Assembly (NCBI GenBank): GCA_964411615.1
Contig: CAYPLO010000003.1
Location: 30,921 to 67,831 of the forward strand
Origin: an uncultured Aquificales bacterium
Lineage (GTDB): Bacteria; Thermosulfidibacterota; Thermosulfidibacteria; Thermosulfidibacterales; Thermosulfidibacteraceae
DNA length: 36,911 bases
Direction of reading: 5' to 3'
The notes under the pieces are model-generated. The model saw only the letters and a program-made list of their open reading frames with translations. It did no database searches and had not been told where the DNA came from. Shown here piece after piece: positions 28,163 through 36,911 of this stretch. Each line of letters begins with the position of its first letter. Within the stretch, counting starts at the first letter, position 1. The position numbers were made by a program, and so were the translations under genes.

Positions 28163-28888
28163 TTAATGCCCCGCGCAGAGCCTCTGGGCCTCCTCACGAC
28201 AGCGGTAGACCATCTGCCACAGGGTCTCTCTGACCCTGTCCTTTTCCTGCTCCGTTAAAGGGCCATCAACCTCCAGAAACTCACCGACCACAACGCACAC
28301 CTTTCCAGGTCTCACCCTGTAGGAGCCCTTGGGCATGACATCTCTGGTTCCGTAGAAGGCTATGGGCAGGAATGGAAGTCCCACCTCCATGAGAAGATTC
28401 AACCCCTTCTTCCGGAAGGGCTGAAGCCTTCCGTCAGGAGAACGGGTCCCCTCAGGGTATATGCATATGGGGTAAGCAAGCCCCTTGGACAGGGCCTTTT
28501 TTATGGAGGCCACCGCCCTTTCTGGATTCTCCCTGTCTATCTCTATCACATCCGCCACCCTCAGGGCCTGACCGAATATGGGAATCCTGAAGAGCTCCTT
28601 CTTGGCAAGGAAGTGGGGTATCTTCTTCAGCAGGTATATGAGAACAAATATATCAAAGTAGCTCTGATGGTTTGAGACAAGCACATACTGGGGCCTCTCA
28701 AAGAGCCTCTCTCTGCCTTTGACCTTAACCTCCACCCCCGCAATCTTCACAAGGCACCAGCACCAGAAGAGGGCAAGCTTTGCGGCAAGTCTCCTCTTAG
28801 GCTCAATGTAGGAGAGCAGGATAAAGACAGGTCCAAGGGTCAGAACGATAAGGGCACACACAAACCAGAAGATTGCGGTTCTTATCAC
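28163..28888 (-). CDS. plsC: 1-acyl-sn-glycerol-3-phosphate acyltransferase
   Basis: Motifs NHQSYFD, FLAKKEL, IDR and YPEGTRS. Confidence 0.88.
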   Translation of the reverse strand: MIRTAIFWFVCALIVLTLGPVFILLSYIEPKRRLAAKLALFWCWCLVKIAGVEVKVKGRERLFERPQYVLVSNHQSYFDIFVLIYLLKKIPHFLAKKELFRIPIFGQALRVADVIEIDRENPERAVASIKKALSKGLAYPICIYPEGTRSPDGRLQPFRKKGLNLLMEVGLPFLPIAFYGTRDVMPKGSYRVRPGKVCVVVGEFLEVDGPLTEQEKDRVRETLWQMVYRCREEAQRLCAGH

Positions 28889-29640
28889 CTACCCTTCCCC
28901 CTGAAGGAGAGATACAAGGAAAGACCTGTGAGGAACATGGCTATACTGAACCACTGGGGTATGGAAAGGGGCCCCCAGTATCCCCTGTTGTCCCCCCTGT
29001 AGAACTCAACCAGAAATCTCCCCACAGGGTACAGCATCAGATACATAGAGAGTATCTGGCCTTTGAACCTCTTTCGGGGGTACATGTAGGTCAGTATCCC
29101 GAATACCAGAAGGTTTGACAGCATGTGGTATACCTCTGTGGGATGCAAGGGAACACCCACAGGCCCCAGGGAGTTGGGGTCCTTAAAGACTATGGCCCAG
29201 GGCAGTCTGCAGGGTTTACCGTAGCAGCATCCGGCGAACAGGCACCCTATCCTGCCGATGGCCTGAGCTAAGGGAAGAACCCAGGCCACTACGTCAAAGG
29301 TTACAACCGTATCAAGGCCCCTTCTTCTGCAGAAGGCCACACCGGCAAGGGCCCCCGACAGGATACCACCCATTATGGCAAGCCCCCCCTTCCAGACAAA
29401 GAGGGCCTCCCAGGGCCTTGATGAGAAGTAGGACCAGTGCTGGACCACGTAGTAAAGGCGTGCCCCCACAATACCACCGAGAAGCACCCAGAAGGCCAAA
29501 TCGTATATGTCCTTCCCGTCTATGCCTTCTGAAGGAGCCCTTCTTGCTGCAAGGTAAACCGCCAGCATAAACCCTATGGTGACAAACACCCCGTATGCTG
29601 GAAGGCGGAATCTACCCAGCTCAATCAGATACGGATGCAC
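28885..29640 (-). CDS. lgt: Prolipoprotein diacylglyceryl transferase
   Basis: GTG start (MHPYL...) with GGGGAG RBS; motifs GARLYYV, GGLA, GRIGCLFAGCCYG, HPTEVY and RFLVEFYRGD. Confidence 0.93.
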   Translation of the reverse strand: MHPYLIELGRFRLPAYGVFVTIGFMLAVYLAARRAPSEGIDGKDIYDLAFWVLLGGIVGARLYYVVQHWSYFSSRPWEALFVWKGGLAIMGGILSGALAGVAFCRRRGLDTVVTFDVVAWVLPLAQAIGRIGCLFAGCCYGKPCRLPWAIVFKDPNSLGPVGVPLHPTEVYHMLSNLLVFGILTYMYPRKRFKGQILSMYLMLYPVGRFLVEFYRGDNRGYWGPLSIPQWFSIAMFLTGLSLYLSFRGKGR

Positions 29641-30097
29641 CGTCTCTCCCCCTGCGGTGCAGGAGGGCAAAAAGAACAACTCCCACAACCACTGCAGAAT
29701 CGGCCACATTAAAGGCGGGCCAGTGGGCATTCCCTATGTGGAAGTCCAGAAAATCCACAACGCTACCGTAAACGAGCCTGTCGTAAAGGTTTCCAAGTCC
29801 CCCTCCGGCAACGGCTCCCAGAGAGGCACACAGGTACCACCTGGGCTCCTTAAGCCTCTTCACAAGAAGCAGAACCACCACTATGGCCAGCACAGAAGCC
29901 ACGATGAAGACCGCCCCATTGCCACCCCTGCCCACCCCAAAGGCCCCACCTGTGTTGGTCACGTAAACTATGTTAAAGAAAGAGGTGACCCTCACCGGCC
30001 CTTTGGCTGCAATCTCATTAAGCACCCAGAGCTTGGTGAGCCTGTCAAGCAGGATGACAAAGGCAGCGGCAGCGCCAAAGGGAACCCATCTACTCAC
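29621..30097 (-). CDS. lspA: Lipoprotein signal peptidase
   Basis: Motifs DRLTK, NTGGAFG, GNLYDR, VVDF and WPAFNVADS. Confidence 0.95.
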   Translation of the reverse strand: MSRWVPFGAAAAFVILLDRLTKLWVLNEIAAKGPVRVTSFFNIVYVTNTGGAFGVGRGGNGAVFIVASVLAIVVVLLLVKRLKEPRWYLCASLGAVAGGGLGNLYDRLVYGSVVDFLDFHIGNAHWPAFNVADSAVVVGVVLFALLHRRGRDGASVSD

Positions 30098-32885
30098 CCT
30101 TCAGCACCTCCACACACCTGGGACACAGGTCGGGATAAGTGGAGTCCTTACCGATATCCGTGGAGTAGGTCCAGCATCTGGGGCATTTGTCCCCAGGAGC
30201 ACGCTCAACGGTTATTGACAGTCCCCTCACCTCCTCAGCCTTCACACTGCCACCGGAACCCTCCTCCAGCTGGACGTCAGATACGATGAAGAACTCCCTG
30301 AGCACCCAGGGGTCAAAGCCCCTCAAGAACTCATAGGTGTTGCCCTCTGCGTAAAGGACCACCTTGGCATCGAAGGAGTGGCCTATAAGTCTGTCGCTTC
30401 TGGCCATCTCCAAGGCCCTGGTGACCTCCTTCCTTATATCGCAGAGCCTGTCCCACCTCTCTTCCACCTCCCTATCGGAAGGTATCTCCTCTGGAGACGG
30501 GAAGAGCTCAAGGTGAACGCTCTCCCTATCATCAGGTGTTCTGGGCAGATGCTCCCAGGCCTCCTCCATGGTGAAGGAGAGTATCGGGGCAAGCAGTTTT
30601 ATCATGTTCTTAGCCATGATGTAGATGGCGGTCTGTGCGGACCTCCTCTCCTTAGACCTGGCACCGTGTATGTAGAGCCTCTCCTTGACCACATCCAGGT
30701 AGAGAGAGGAAAGATAGACGTTTATGAACTGCAGGGTGAGATGGTAGACCCTGTGAAAGAGGAAATCGTCGTAGGCCCTCCTTATCTTTGCAGAAAGGCC
30801 GGAGAACTTGCTCAGTATCCATCTGTCCATCTCCATCATCTCCCCAAAGGGAAGGGCATCCCTTGAGGGGTCAAAGTCGTAGAGATTTCCCAGCATGAAC
30901 CTTATGGTATTCCTTATCTTCCTGTAGGCTTCAACGAGGCGCCTCAGTATCTCGTTGGAGAGCCTCACATCCTCGGTATAGTCTTCAGCAGCCACCCACA
31001 GCCTCAGTATCTCCGCACCGTACTTCTTTATCACCTCTTGGGGAGAGATAACGTTGCCCAGGGACTTGGACATCTTTCTTCCCTGACCGTCAACCACGAA
31101 GCCATGGGTGAGCACTATCCTGTAGGGTGCCCTATCCCTGGTGGCCACCGACTCCAGAAGGGAGCTCTGGAACCAACCCCTGTGCTGGTCGCTACCCTCA
31201 AGGTACATGTCGGCAGGCCAGCGCAGCTCCTCCCTCCTCTCAAGGACAGCCGCATGGCTCACACCAGAGTCAAACCAGACATCGAGTATATCCGTCTCCT
31301 TTTCAAAGTCGGAACCACCACACTTAGGACAGACAAAACCATCAGGCAGAAAGTCTCCCACATCCCTCACGAACCAGACATCTGCCCCCTCCTTCTCCGT
31401 AAGCTCAGCAACCCTCTCAAAGAGCTCCTTAGTGGCTATCACCTCGCCACAACCCTTACAGTAGAGCACTGTTATGGGAACACCCCAGGCCCTCTGTCTT
31501 GAGATGCACCAGTCCGGCCTCTGGCTCACCATCTCCCTTATCCGCACCTGACCCCAGGAGGGAATCCACCTCACGCTTCTGTCTATCTCTTCAAGGGCCT
31601 TCTCCCTCAGTCCTCCCCTCTCCATAGAGATGAACCACTGGGGAGTGGCCCTGAATATAACGGGCTTCTTGCACCTCCAGCAGTGGGGGTAGGAGTGGGT
31701 TATCTCCTCCTCAAGCAGCAAAAGCCCCCTCTCTTTAAGAAGGTTCACGATTTTGGGATTGGCATCCCAGATGTTCTCTCCCTTAAAGAAGCTTACCGTG
31801 TTGTCAAAGTTTCCGTAATCGTCAACAGGGTTGTACACATCAAGCCCATACTTAACGCCAACCTGATAGTCCTCCTCTCCATGCCCCGGGGCTATGTGGA
31901 CGCAACCCGTTCCCTGAACAAGGGTGACAAAATCGGCAAGTATTATCACTGAATCTCTCTCCTCAAAGGGGTGGGAACACTTCAGGCCCTCAAAGGCGCT
32001 GCCCTTGGCCCTTCCAACCACCTCCCCCTTCACGCCAAACTTGCCCAAACACTCTTCCATAAGCCCCTCGGCCAGAATCCAGACCTCGTCCCCCACATCC
32101 ACAGCCGCATACACGAACTCAGGGTGCATGGCTATGGCCAGATTGGCCGGTAAGGTCCAGGGGGTGGTGGTCCATATGAGGACATGACAGGGCTTTGAGA
32201 CCTCCGAAAGCTCAGGTATAGCCCTGTCAAACCTGTCCCTGCAGGGGAACTTCACGTAGATGGAGGTGGATGTGTGGTCTGCGTACTCAACTTCCGCCTC
32301 CGCCAGGGCCGTCACGCAGTTTATGCACCAGTAGACGGGCTTCAACCCCCTGTATGCCAGCCCCCTCTCAAACACCTTTCCAAGTTCCCTGACAATATCC
32401 GCCTCGTAGGTGTAGTCCATGGTTATATACGGATTGTCCCAGTCGCCGAATACGCCAAGCCTCTTAAACTCCTCACGCTGTATCTTTATGTACTTTTCTG
32501 CATAACGGCGGCAGAGCCTCCTTATCTGGTCCTTGGTCATCTCCCTCTTCTTGGGCCCCAGTTCCTTATCGACCTGATGCTCTATGGGAAGGCCATGACA
32601 GTCCCACCCGGGCACATATGGAGTCCTGTAGCCCTCCATGCTCTTGGACTTGAGGACAAAGTCCTTCAGAATCTTGTTGAGGGCGTGGCCTATATGTATG
32701 TTGCCGTTGGCATAGGGAGGACCGTCGTGAAGGACAAAGAGAGGGGCATCCTTCCTCTCCTCAAGAAGCCTCCTGTATATCTCCATCTGTTCCCATCTCT
32801 TGAGAAACTCGGGCTCCCTCTGGACGAGATTGGCCTTCATCTTGAAGGACGTCTTGGGAAGGTTCAGGGTATCCCTGTAGTCCAT
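30090..32885 (-). CDS. ileS: Isoleucine-tRNA ligase (type 1)
   Basis: MDYRDTLNLPKT start with GGAGG RBS; PYANGNIHIGH, WCISRQR, GSDQHRGWF, KMSKS and a C-terminal CPRC...CPRC Zn finger. Confidence 0.97.
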   Translation of the reverse strand: MDYRDTLNLPKTSFKMKANLVQREPEFLKRWEQMEIYRRLLEERKDAPLFVLHDGPPYANGNIHIGHALNKILKDFVLKSKSMEGYRTPYVPGWDCHGLPIEHQVDKELGPKKREMTKDQIRRLCRRYAEKYIKIQREEFKRLGVFGDWDNPYITMDYTYEADIVRELGKVFERGLAYRGLKPVYWCINCVTALAEAEVEYADHTSTSIYVKFPCRDRFDRAIPELSEVSKPCHVLIWTTTPWTLPANLAIAMHPEFVYAAVDVGDEVWILAEGLMEECLGKFGVKGEVVGRAKGSAFEGLKCSHPFEERDSVIILADFVTLVQGTGCVHIAPGHGEEDYQVGVKYGLDVYNPVDDYGNFDNTVSFFKGENIWDANPKIVNLLKERGLLLLEEEITHSYPHCWRCKKPVIFRATPQWFISMERGGLREKALEEIDRSVRWIPSWGQVRIREMVSQRPDWCISRQRAWGVPITVLYCKGCGEVIATKELFERVAELTEKEGADVWFVRDVGDFLPDGFVCPKCGGSDFEKETDILDVWFDSGVSHAAVLERREELRWPADMYLEGSDQHRGWFQSSLLESVATRDRAPYRIVLTHGFVVDGQGRKMSKSLGNVISPQEVIKKYGAEILRLWVAAEDYTEDVRLSNEILRRLVEAYRKIRNTIRFMLGNLYDFDPSRDALPFGEMMEMDRWILSKFSGLSAKIRRAYDDFLFHRVYHLTLQFINVYLSSLYLDVVKERLYIHGARSKERRSAQTAIYIMAKNMIKLLAPILSFTMEEAWEHLPRTPDDRESVHLELFPSPEEIPSDREVEERWDRLCDIRKEVTRALEMARSDRLIGHSFDAKVVLYAEGNTYEFLRGFDPWVLREFFIVSDVQLEEGSGGSVKAEEVRGLSITVERAPGDKCPRCWTYSTDIGKDSTYPDLCPRCVEVLKGE

Positions 32886-32959
32886 CTCCAACCTCCAGAA
32901 GCAGGGTTCAGGCAAGGAACCTACCACCCTTCAACCCATCTTTCAACCGGGAATAAGGC

Positions 32960-32988
32960 TTGACAAAGCCACAGACCATCACTATATT
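32960..32988 (+). promoter_or_regulatory. sigma70 promoter of tRNA-fMet
   Basis: TTGACA, 17-bp spacer, TATATT, followed by a GC-rich discriminator-like stretch. Confidence 0.75.
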
Positions 32989-33001
32989 ATCAGCCCGGTG
33001 A

Positions 33002-33455
<454 letters not shown>

Positions 33456-33481
<26 letters not shown>

Positions 33482-34286
33482 CTATGGTCTCTAAGGCCTT
33501 CAATCCCCCTTCGGGTATGGCTATCTGTCCGTGGGGGACCTGGTACTCTCTGGGATTTATCCTTATGAGGGTGGCACCGTGGCTCCTGACTAAGGACTCA
33601 CTTATATGCCTTATGGAAGGAACAGCTGTGCCCGCTCCTACCTCAACCACAACAATTCTTTTGCCCTTGACCCTCTCAAGAAAGGCCCTGTATCTCCTCT
33701 CCTGTCTGTAGGTCCTATCTCCCACCCAGCTCCAGTCCCCAAACATGAGCACATTGGGCCTTGCCACATCCCCACATTTAACGCATCTGGGAATCCTCAA
33801 CGCCCTCATGGTATTGTAATCAACGGGAATCTCCTCCTCATTGGGCCATATGAGGTTGCTGCAGGGCCTTATGCACTGGAGGTAGTGGATGGAGCCGTGT
33901 ATCTCGTAAATCCTCTCTTCGGGAAAGCCCGCCTTCTGGAACTGGCCATCAACGTTGGAGGTGACCACGAAATACTCTAAGTGGTACCGCTCAATCCAGT
34001 CAAGCAGGATGCGAAAGCCCCTGTGGGGTTCCGTCTTTCTGTAAAGCTCAAGCCTGTGCCCGTAAAAGCCCCACCCGAAGGCCGGGTCCCTCTCAAAGTG
34101 CACAGGATTGGCCATCTCCACGAAGTTGAGTCCGAGCCTCTCATAGAGGGGATAGGCCCTCCAGAAGCCCTTCTCGCCACGGAAATCGGGAAGCCCGGAG
34201 TCCACCCCCATACCGGCACCGGCGGTGATGACGAGAACCTCAGCCCTTTCCACAGCAGAGGCGGCAAGACTGTAAGCCCCGCTCAT
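33456..34286 (-). CDS. Sir2-family NAD-dependent deacylase
   Basis: Motifs AGAGMGVDSGLPDFRG, TSNVDG, HGS, CxxxC...CxxC, RPNVLMF and RINP. Confidence 0.9.
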
Positions 34287-34792
34287 ATCCCCCTTGCCAG
34301 CCTCACGGCCTCCTGTATGGGAAACCTCCTTATAACCGATACGGCCCTGTTGTAATCTACACCCCTGAAGTCGAAGACCATGATGGCTGTTGTGGAAGGA
34401 TTTGAAGCAACCTTAGAGAGAAGCACGTAGAAGGTGAGACCTCCATCCGTCATAACCACCTTGGCCGGCCTGCCCTGCAGGGTCAGGGACTTAACCCTTA
34501 AGGAGCCACCTTGGCCCGAAAGGAACATATCGTTCATGCCGGAAAAGAAGAAGGCAGCTCCCTGGGCTCCGGGACCACACATGACCGTTACGGAGAGGCT
34601 GCTACTGCCCTTGGTGTACTCCCTGTGGGCCGTCAATTGCCTCTGTCCCCCGCTGTTAACGGTCATTCCCTCGGGCCTTGAGGCCTCCCATCCGGGCACA
34701 TCCACAAGCACCCTGAAGAAGGCGGTGTGGTCCAGTGCGTAGGAAAGGGAAAAGAGTAGAAGCACAAAGAAAGTTGCCAGAATCCTTCTCAT
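34283..34792 (-). CDS. Hypothetical exported protein
   Basis: GGAGG RBS, signal peptide MRRILATFFVLLLFSLSYA, ATGA overlap with the sirtuin gene. Confidence 0.7.
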   Translation of the reverse strand: MRRILATFFVLLLFSLSYALDHTAFFRVLVDVPGWEASRPEGMTVNSGGQRQLTAHREYTKGSSSLSVTVMCGPGAQGAAFFFSGMNDMFLSGQGGSLRVKSLTLQGRPAKVVMTDGGLTFYVLLSKVASNPSTTAIMVFDFRGVDYNRAVSVIRRFPIQEAVRLARGI

Positions 34793-34823
34793 ATCTTCAC
34801 CTCCCGGTTTGTCAGGTTGAAGG

Positions 34824-35705
34824 CTACTCTCCGGCTATGGGAGGCCCTACCCTGACAAGCCCCTCTTCTGTAATCTCCAGGAACCTAACTTTTGTATCAT
34901 GGCCGCACAGACGGCACCCGTCTATCCTGAAGAGCCTCACCAGGTCCCCTATGGGCCTCTTGTAGAGGTTGGCCTGCCTCTGGGTGGTTATGAGCTCCTT
35001 TGAGACCACTATGGTCCCATCAACTATATGGGCTACTGCATAGCCGCCTGCCGCCTCCGCCGAAAGCTCCTCATGACCGCTTCGCTTCTGGGATATGAGA
35101 ATCCCGGTCTGGTACCACTTCTTCAGGAAGTTGAAGATGCTCCTCACCACACTTCTGGCCAGCATCTCCTTGGCCTCGTAAAGTCCCGTAACGGAGTCCA
35201 CCACCACGGACCTGGTCTTGTAGGTCTTTATGGCATGGGCAAGGGTTGATAGAAGGGTGGGGAGGTCCTCCCTGAGCACCGAGTGGCTGGCAGCATCAAG
35301 TATGACCACATTCTCCTCAACCTTGGCCTCGTCTACCCCCATGGCTCTGGCCCTGTGCCTGAGAGAAGAAGCCACAAAGGGTCCCGGACTCTCAACGGAG
35401 ACGTAGATAACCGGCTGGTCTAAGGAAGCCTGCTTCACGGCAAACTGCTCCGCCATGAGGGTCTTGCCCGTGTCTGCAACTCCGGTGATGTTTATCACAG
35501 ACCTCAGTGGGATGCCGCCGAGGGGCTTCTTCTTCGGCTTCTTTCTTTTGGGGGTGTACTCAACGGTGAAGAAGAGCTCATCCAGCCCCTCCACCCCCGT
35601 GGGAACCCCCACAAGCTCAGGAGCCTTCTGGGCAAGCTCCGAAATCCTGCCTATACTCTCCTCTACAGGGTCCGGCCATCCCCTGTTTCCCTTAGTCTCT
35701 GTCAT
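34824..35705 (-). CDS. Single-domain KaiC-like RecA-superfamily ATPase (thermophile AF_0795-like family)
   Basis: Motifs GVPTGVEGLDELF, LGGIP, Walker A GVADTGKT, VSVE, VVDSVTG, AHIVDG and RIDGCR. Confidence 0.85.
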   Translation of the reverse strand: MTETKGNRGWPDPVEESIGRISELAQKAPELVGVPTGVEGLDELFFTVEYTPKRKKPKKKPLGGIPLRSVINITGVADTGKTLMAEQFAVKQASLDQPVIYVSVESPGPFVASSLRHRARAMGVDEAKVEENVVILDAASHSVLREDLPTLLSTLAHAIKTYKTRSVVVDSVTGLYEAKEMLARSVVRSIFNFLKKWYQTGILISQKRSGHEELSAEAAGGYAVAHIVDGTIVVSKELITTQRQANLYKRPIGDLVRLFRIDGCRLCGHDTKVRFLEITEEGLVRVGPPIAGE

Positions 35706-35844
35706 GCTTTATGTACCTGGAGTCCTTCTTGTTCTTATCCTCAGCGGACTTCTGCTCCTTCTTCACCTTTCTCTTGCGCTCCTTCTCTACAAGCTTCTCA
35801 AAGTGCTTGAATATCTGTTCCAGCTCGTAATCCTCGTCCCTCAT
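35692..35844 (-). CDS. Small highly charged hypothetical protein (50 aa), absent from the ORF track
   Basis: Hand-translated MRDEDYELEQIFKHFEKLVEKERKRKVKKEQKSAEDKNKKDSRYIKHDRD*; GGGAGG RBS; host-like AAG/GAG codons; overlaps the KaiC-like start by 14 nt. Confidence 0.7.
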   Translation of the reverse strand: MRDEDYELEQIFKHFEKLVEKERKRKVKKEQKSAEDKNKKDSRYIKHDRD

Positions 35845-35910
35845 GGAACCTCCCTTTAGAGCAGGCTTACTCTTAGATATACCCGTTAAGGAGCAACTTT
35901 ACAAGTGCAG

Positions 35911-36888
35911 TTATTGCAACACCTTCACATCCCCAGCGGCCACGGTTATGATACTTCCCTGCTCATCCCTCACCAGAAGCTCCCCAACAGGGGTTATACC
36001 TATGGCCTCCCCCTCTGTGCCGTCCTCAAGCTTCACCCTCCTCCCTATGGTGTAGTTGTGCTCCCTCCACCTGTAGAAGAGGTCCTTAGTCTCTCCAGCC
36101 GCTAACTTCTTATAAAGGCCGTCCATGAGGGAGAGTATCCTGGCGAGGAGTCTGCTCCTGTTACAGCGGGAGCCCGTCTCCTCAAGGACCGATGTGGCTA
36201 TGGGAGCCACAAGGGAGGGGAACTCATGGGAGCGGATATTCACATTAACCCCTATGCCCACCACGAGAAAGGCCACATGGGGACCTTCAACTTCAGCTTC
36301 GGTCAGCACACCGCATATCTTCCTGCCGGAGGCGTAAACGTCGTTGGGCCACTTTATAAGGGCATCAACACCAACCTCCCTGAGAGCCTCACAGACGGCA
36401 ACAGAGGCCAGCATGGTGGCGTGATACATGAAGGCCGCAGGAAGCCTGGGCCTGAGAACAACGGAGAAGTATAGATTCCTTCCAGCTGGACTGAACCACC
36501 TTCTTCCGAGCCTCCCCCTACCCGCCGTCTGACTGTCTGCAACAACCACGGTGCCCTCAGGTGCACCCTTCTCGGCCATCTCCTTGGCAAGGCGATTGGT
36601 GGAATCCACCACGGGGTAGCACTCAATCCTTTGAAAGAGACAGTCCTCGTCCATGTAGGCCAGTATCACCTCAGGGATGAGAAGGTCGGGCTCCTCAGAC
36701 AGGCGATAACCCCTCCTCTCCTCAGCCTCTATGGGAATCCCCATCTCCACAAGCCTCTTTATTCTCTTGTGAAGGGCCACCCTTGAGACCCCCAGCTCAA
36801 GGGCAAGCTCCTCACCGGATACAAGTCCCCCTCCGGCCTCAAGCAACCTTTTAAGTATAAAAGCCCCCTTACGATGCTCCCTTAGCAT
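35911..36888 (-). CDS. birA: Bifunctional biotin-protein ligase / repressor
   Basis: N-terminal HTH (SGEELALELGVSRVAL), STN, QTAGRGRLGRRW, KWPND, KICGVL and GIGVN. Confidence 0.95.
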   Translation of the reverse strand: MLREHRKGAFILKRLLEAGGGLVSGEELALELGVSRVALHKRIKRLVEMGIPIEAEERRGYRLSEEPDLLIPEVILAYMDEDCLFQRIECYPVVDSTNRLAKEMAEKGAPEGTVVVADSQTAGRGRLGRRWFSPAGRNLYFSVVLRPRLPAAFMYHATMLASVAVCEALREVGVDALIKWPNDVYASGRKICGVLTEAEVEGPHVAFLVVGIGVNVNIRSHEFPSLVAPIATSVLEETGSRCNRSRLLARILSLMDGLYKKLAAGETKDLFYRWREHNYTIGRRVKLEDGTEGEAIGITPVGELLVRDEQGSIITVAAGDVKVLQ

Positions 36889-36911
36889 CCCTCACCTTCA
36901 GCCTTAACCTC

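Noticed and set aside
29576..32963. + strand ORFs of up to 237 aa opposite lspA and ileS, and similar shadows opposite ispG, rgy and the ADH gene
   Set aside because: They overlap well-supported genes on the other strand and have low-complexity Pro/His/Leu/Ser composition.
36889..36911. 3' end of a gene upstream of birA
   Set aside because: Too short to identify.

Overview
36.9 kb of compact, gene-dense chromosome from a thermophilic bacterium. Reverse gyrase, a di-myo-inositol-phosphate operon, a thermophile-type KaiC-domain ATPase and heavy AGG/ATA codon use point to an Aquificota-, Thermosulfidibacter- or Thermodesulfobacteriota-like organism, but the taxon cannot be fixed from sequence alone. 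Two long gene runs converge on a 206-bp AT-rich gap (7618-7823) that holds a near-canonical 28-bp dif site (7752-7779), so the window probably spans the replication terminus. The + strand run is amidase-LysM, HDOD, CheR, HAD hydrolase, DEDDh exonuclease-WYL fusion, ARPP-1/DUF6569 protein and a Ser/Thr kinase-UvrD helicase fusion. Its last three or four genes are tightly packed and are the best candidate for an undescribed nucleic-acid-sensing conflict or repair system. The - strand run is an atypical parA-parB pair, Fe-ADH, HhH glycosylase, reverse gyrase, ispG, Usp, isochorismatase and queE. The rest is mostly housekeeping: ino1 with IPCT/DIPPS, argJ, tRNA-Ala(GGC) with an unusual C33, a GT4 plus amylo-1,6-glucosidase pair, DUF4139, enoyl-CoA hydratase, ileS-lspA-lgt-plsC, tRNA-fMet, a sirtuin, a KaiC-like ATPase with an uncalled 50-aa upstream ORF, and birA. 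No CRISPR array, IS element, integrase or rRNA was seen.
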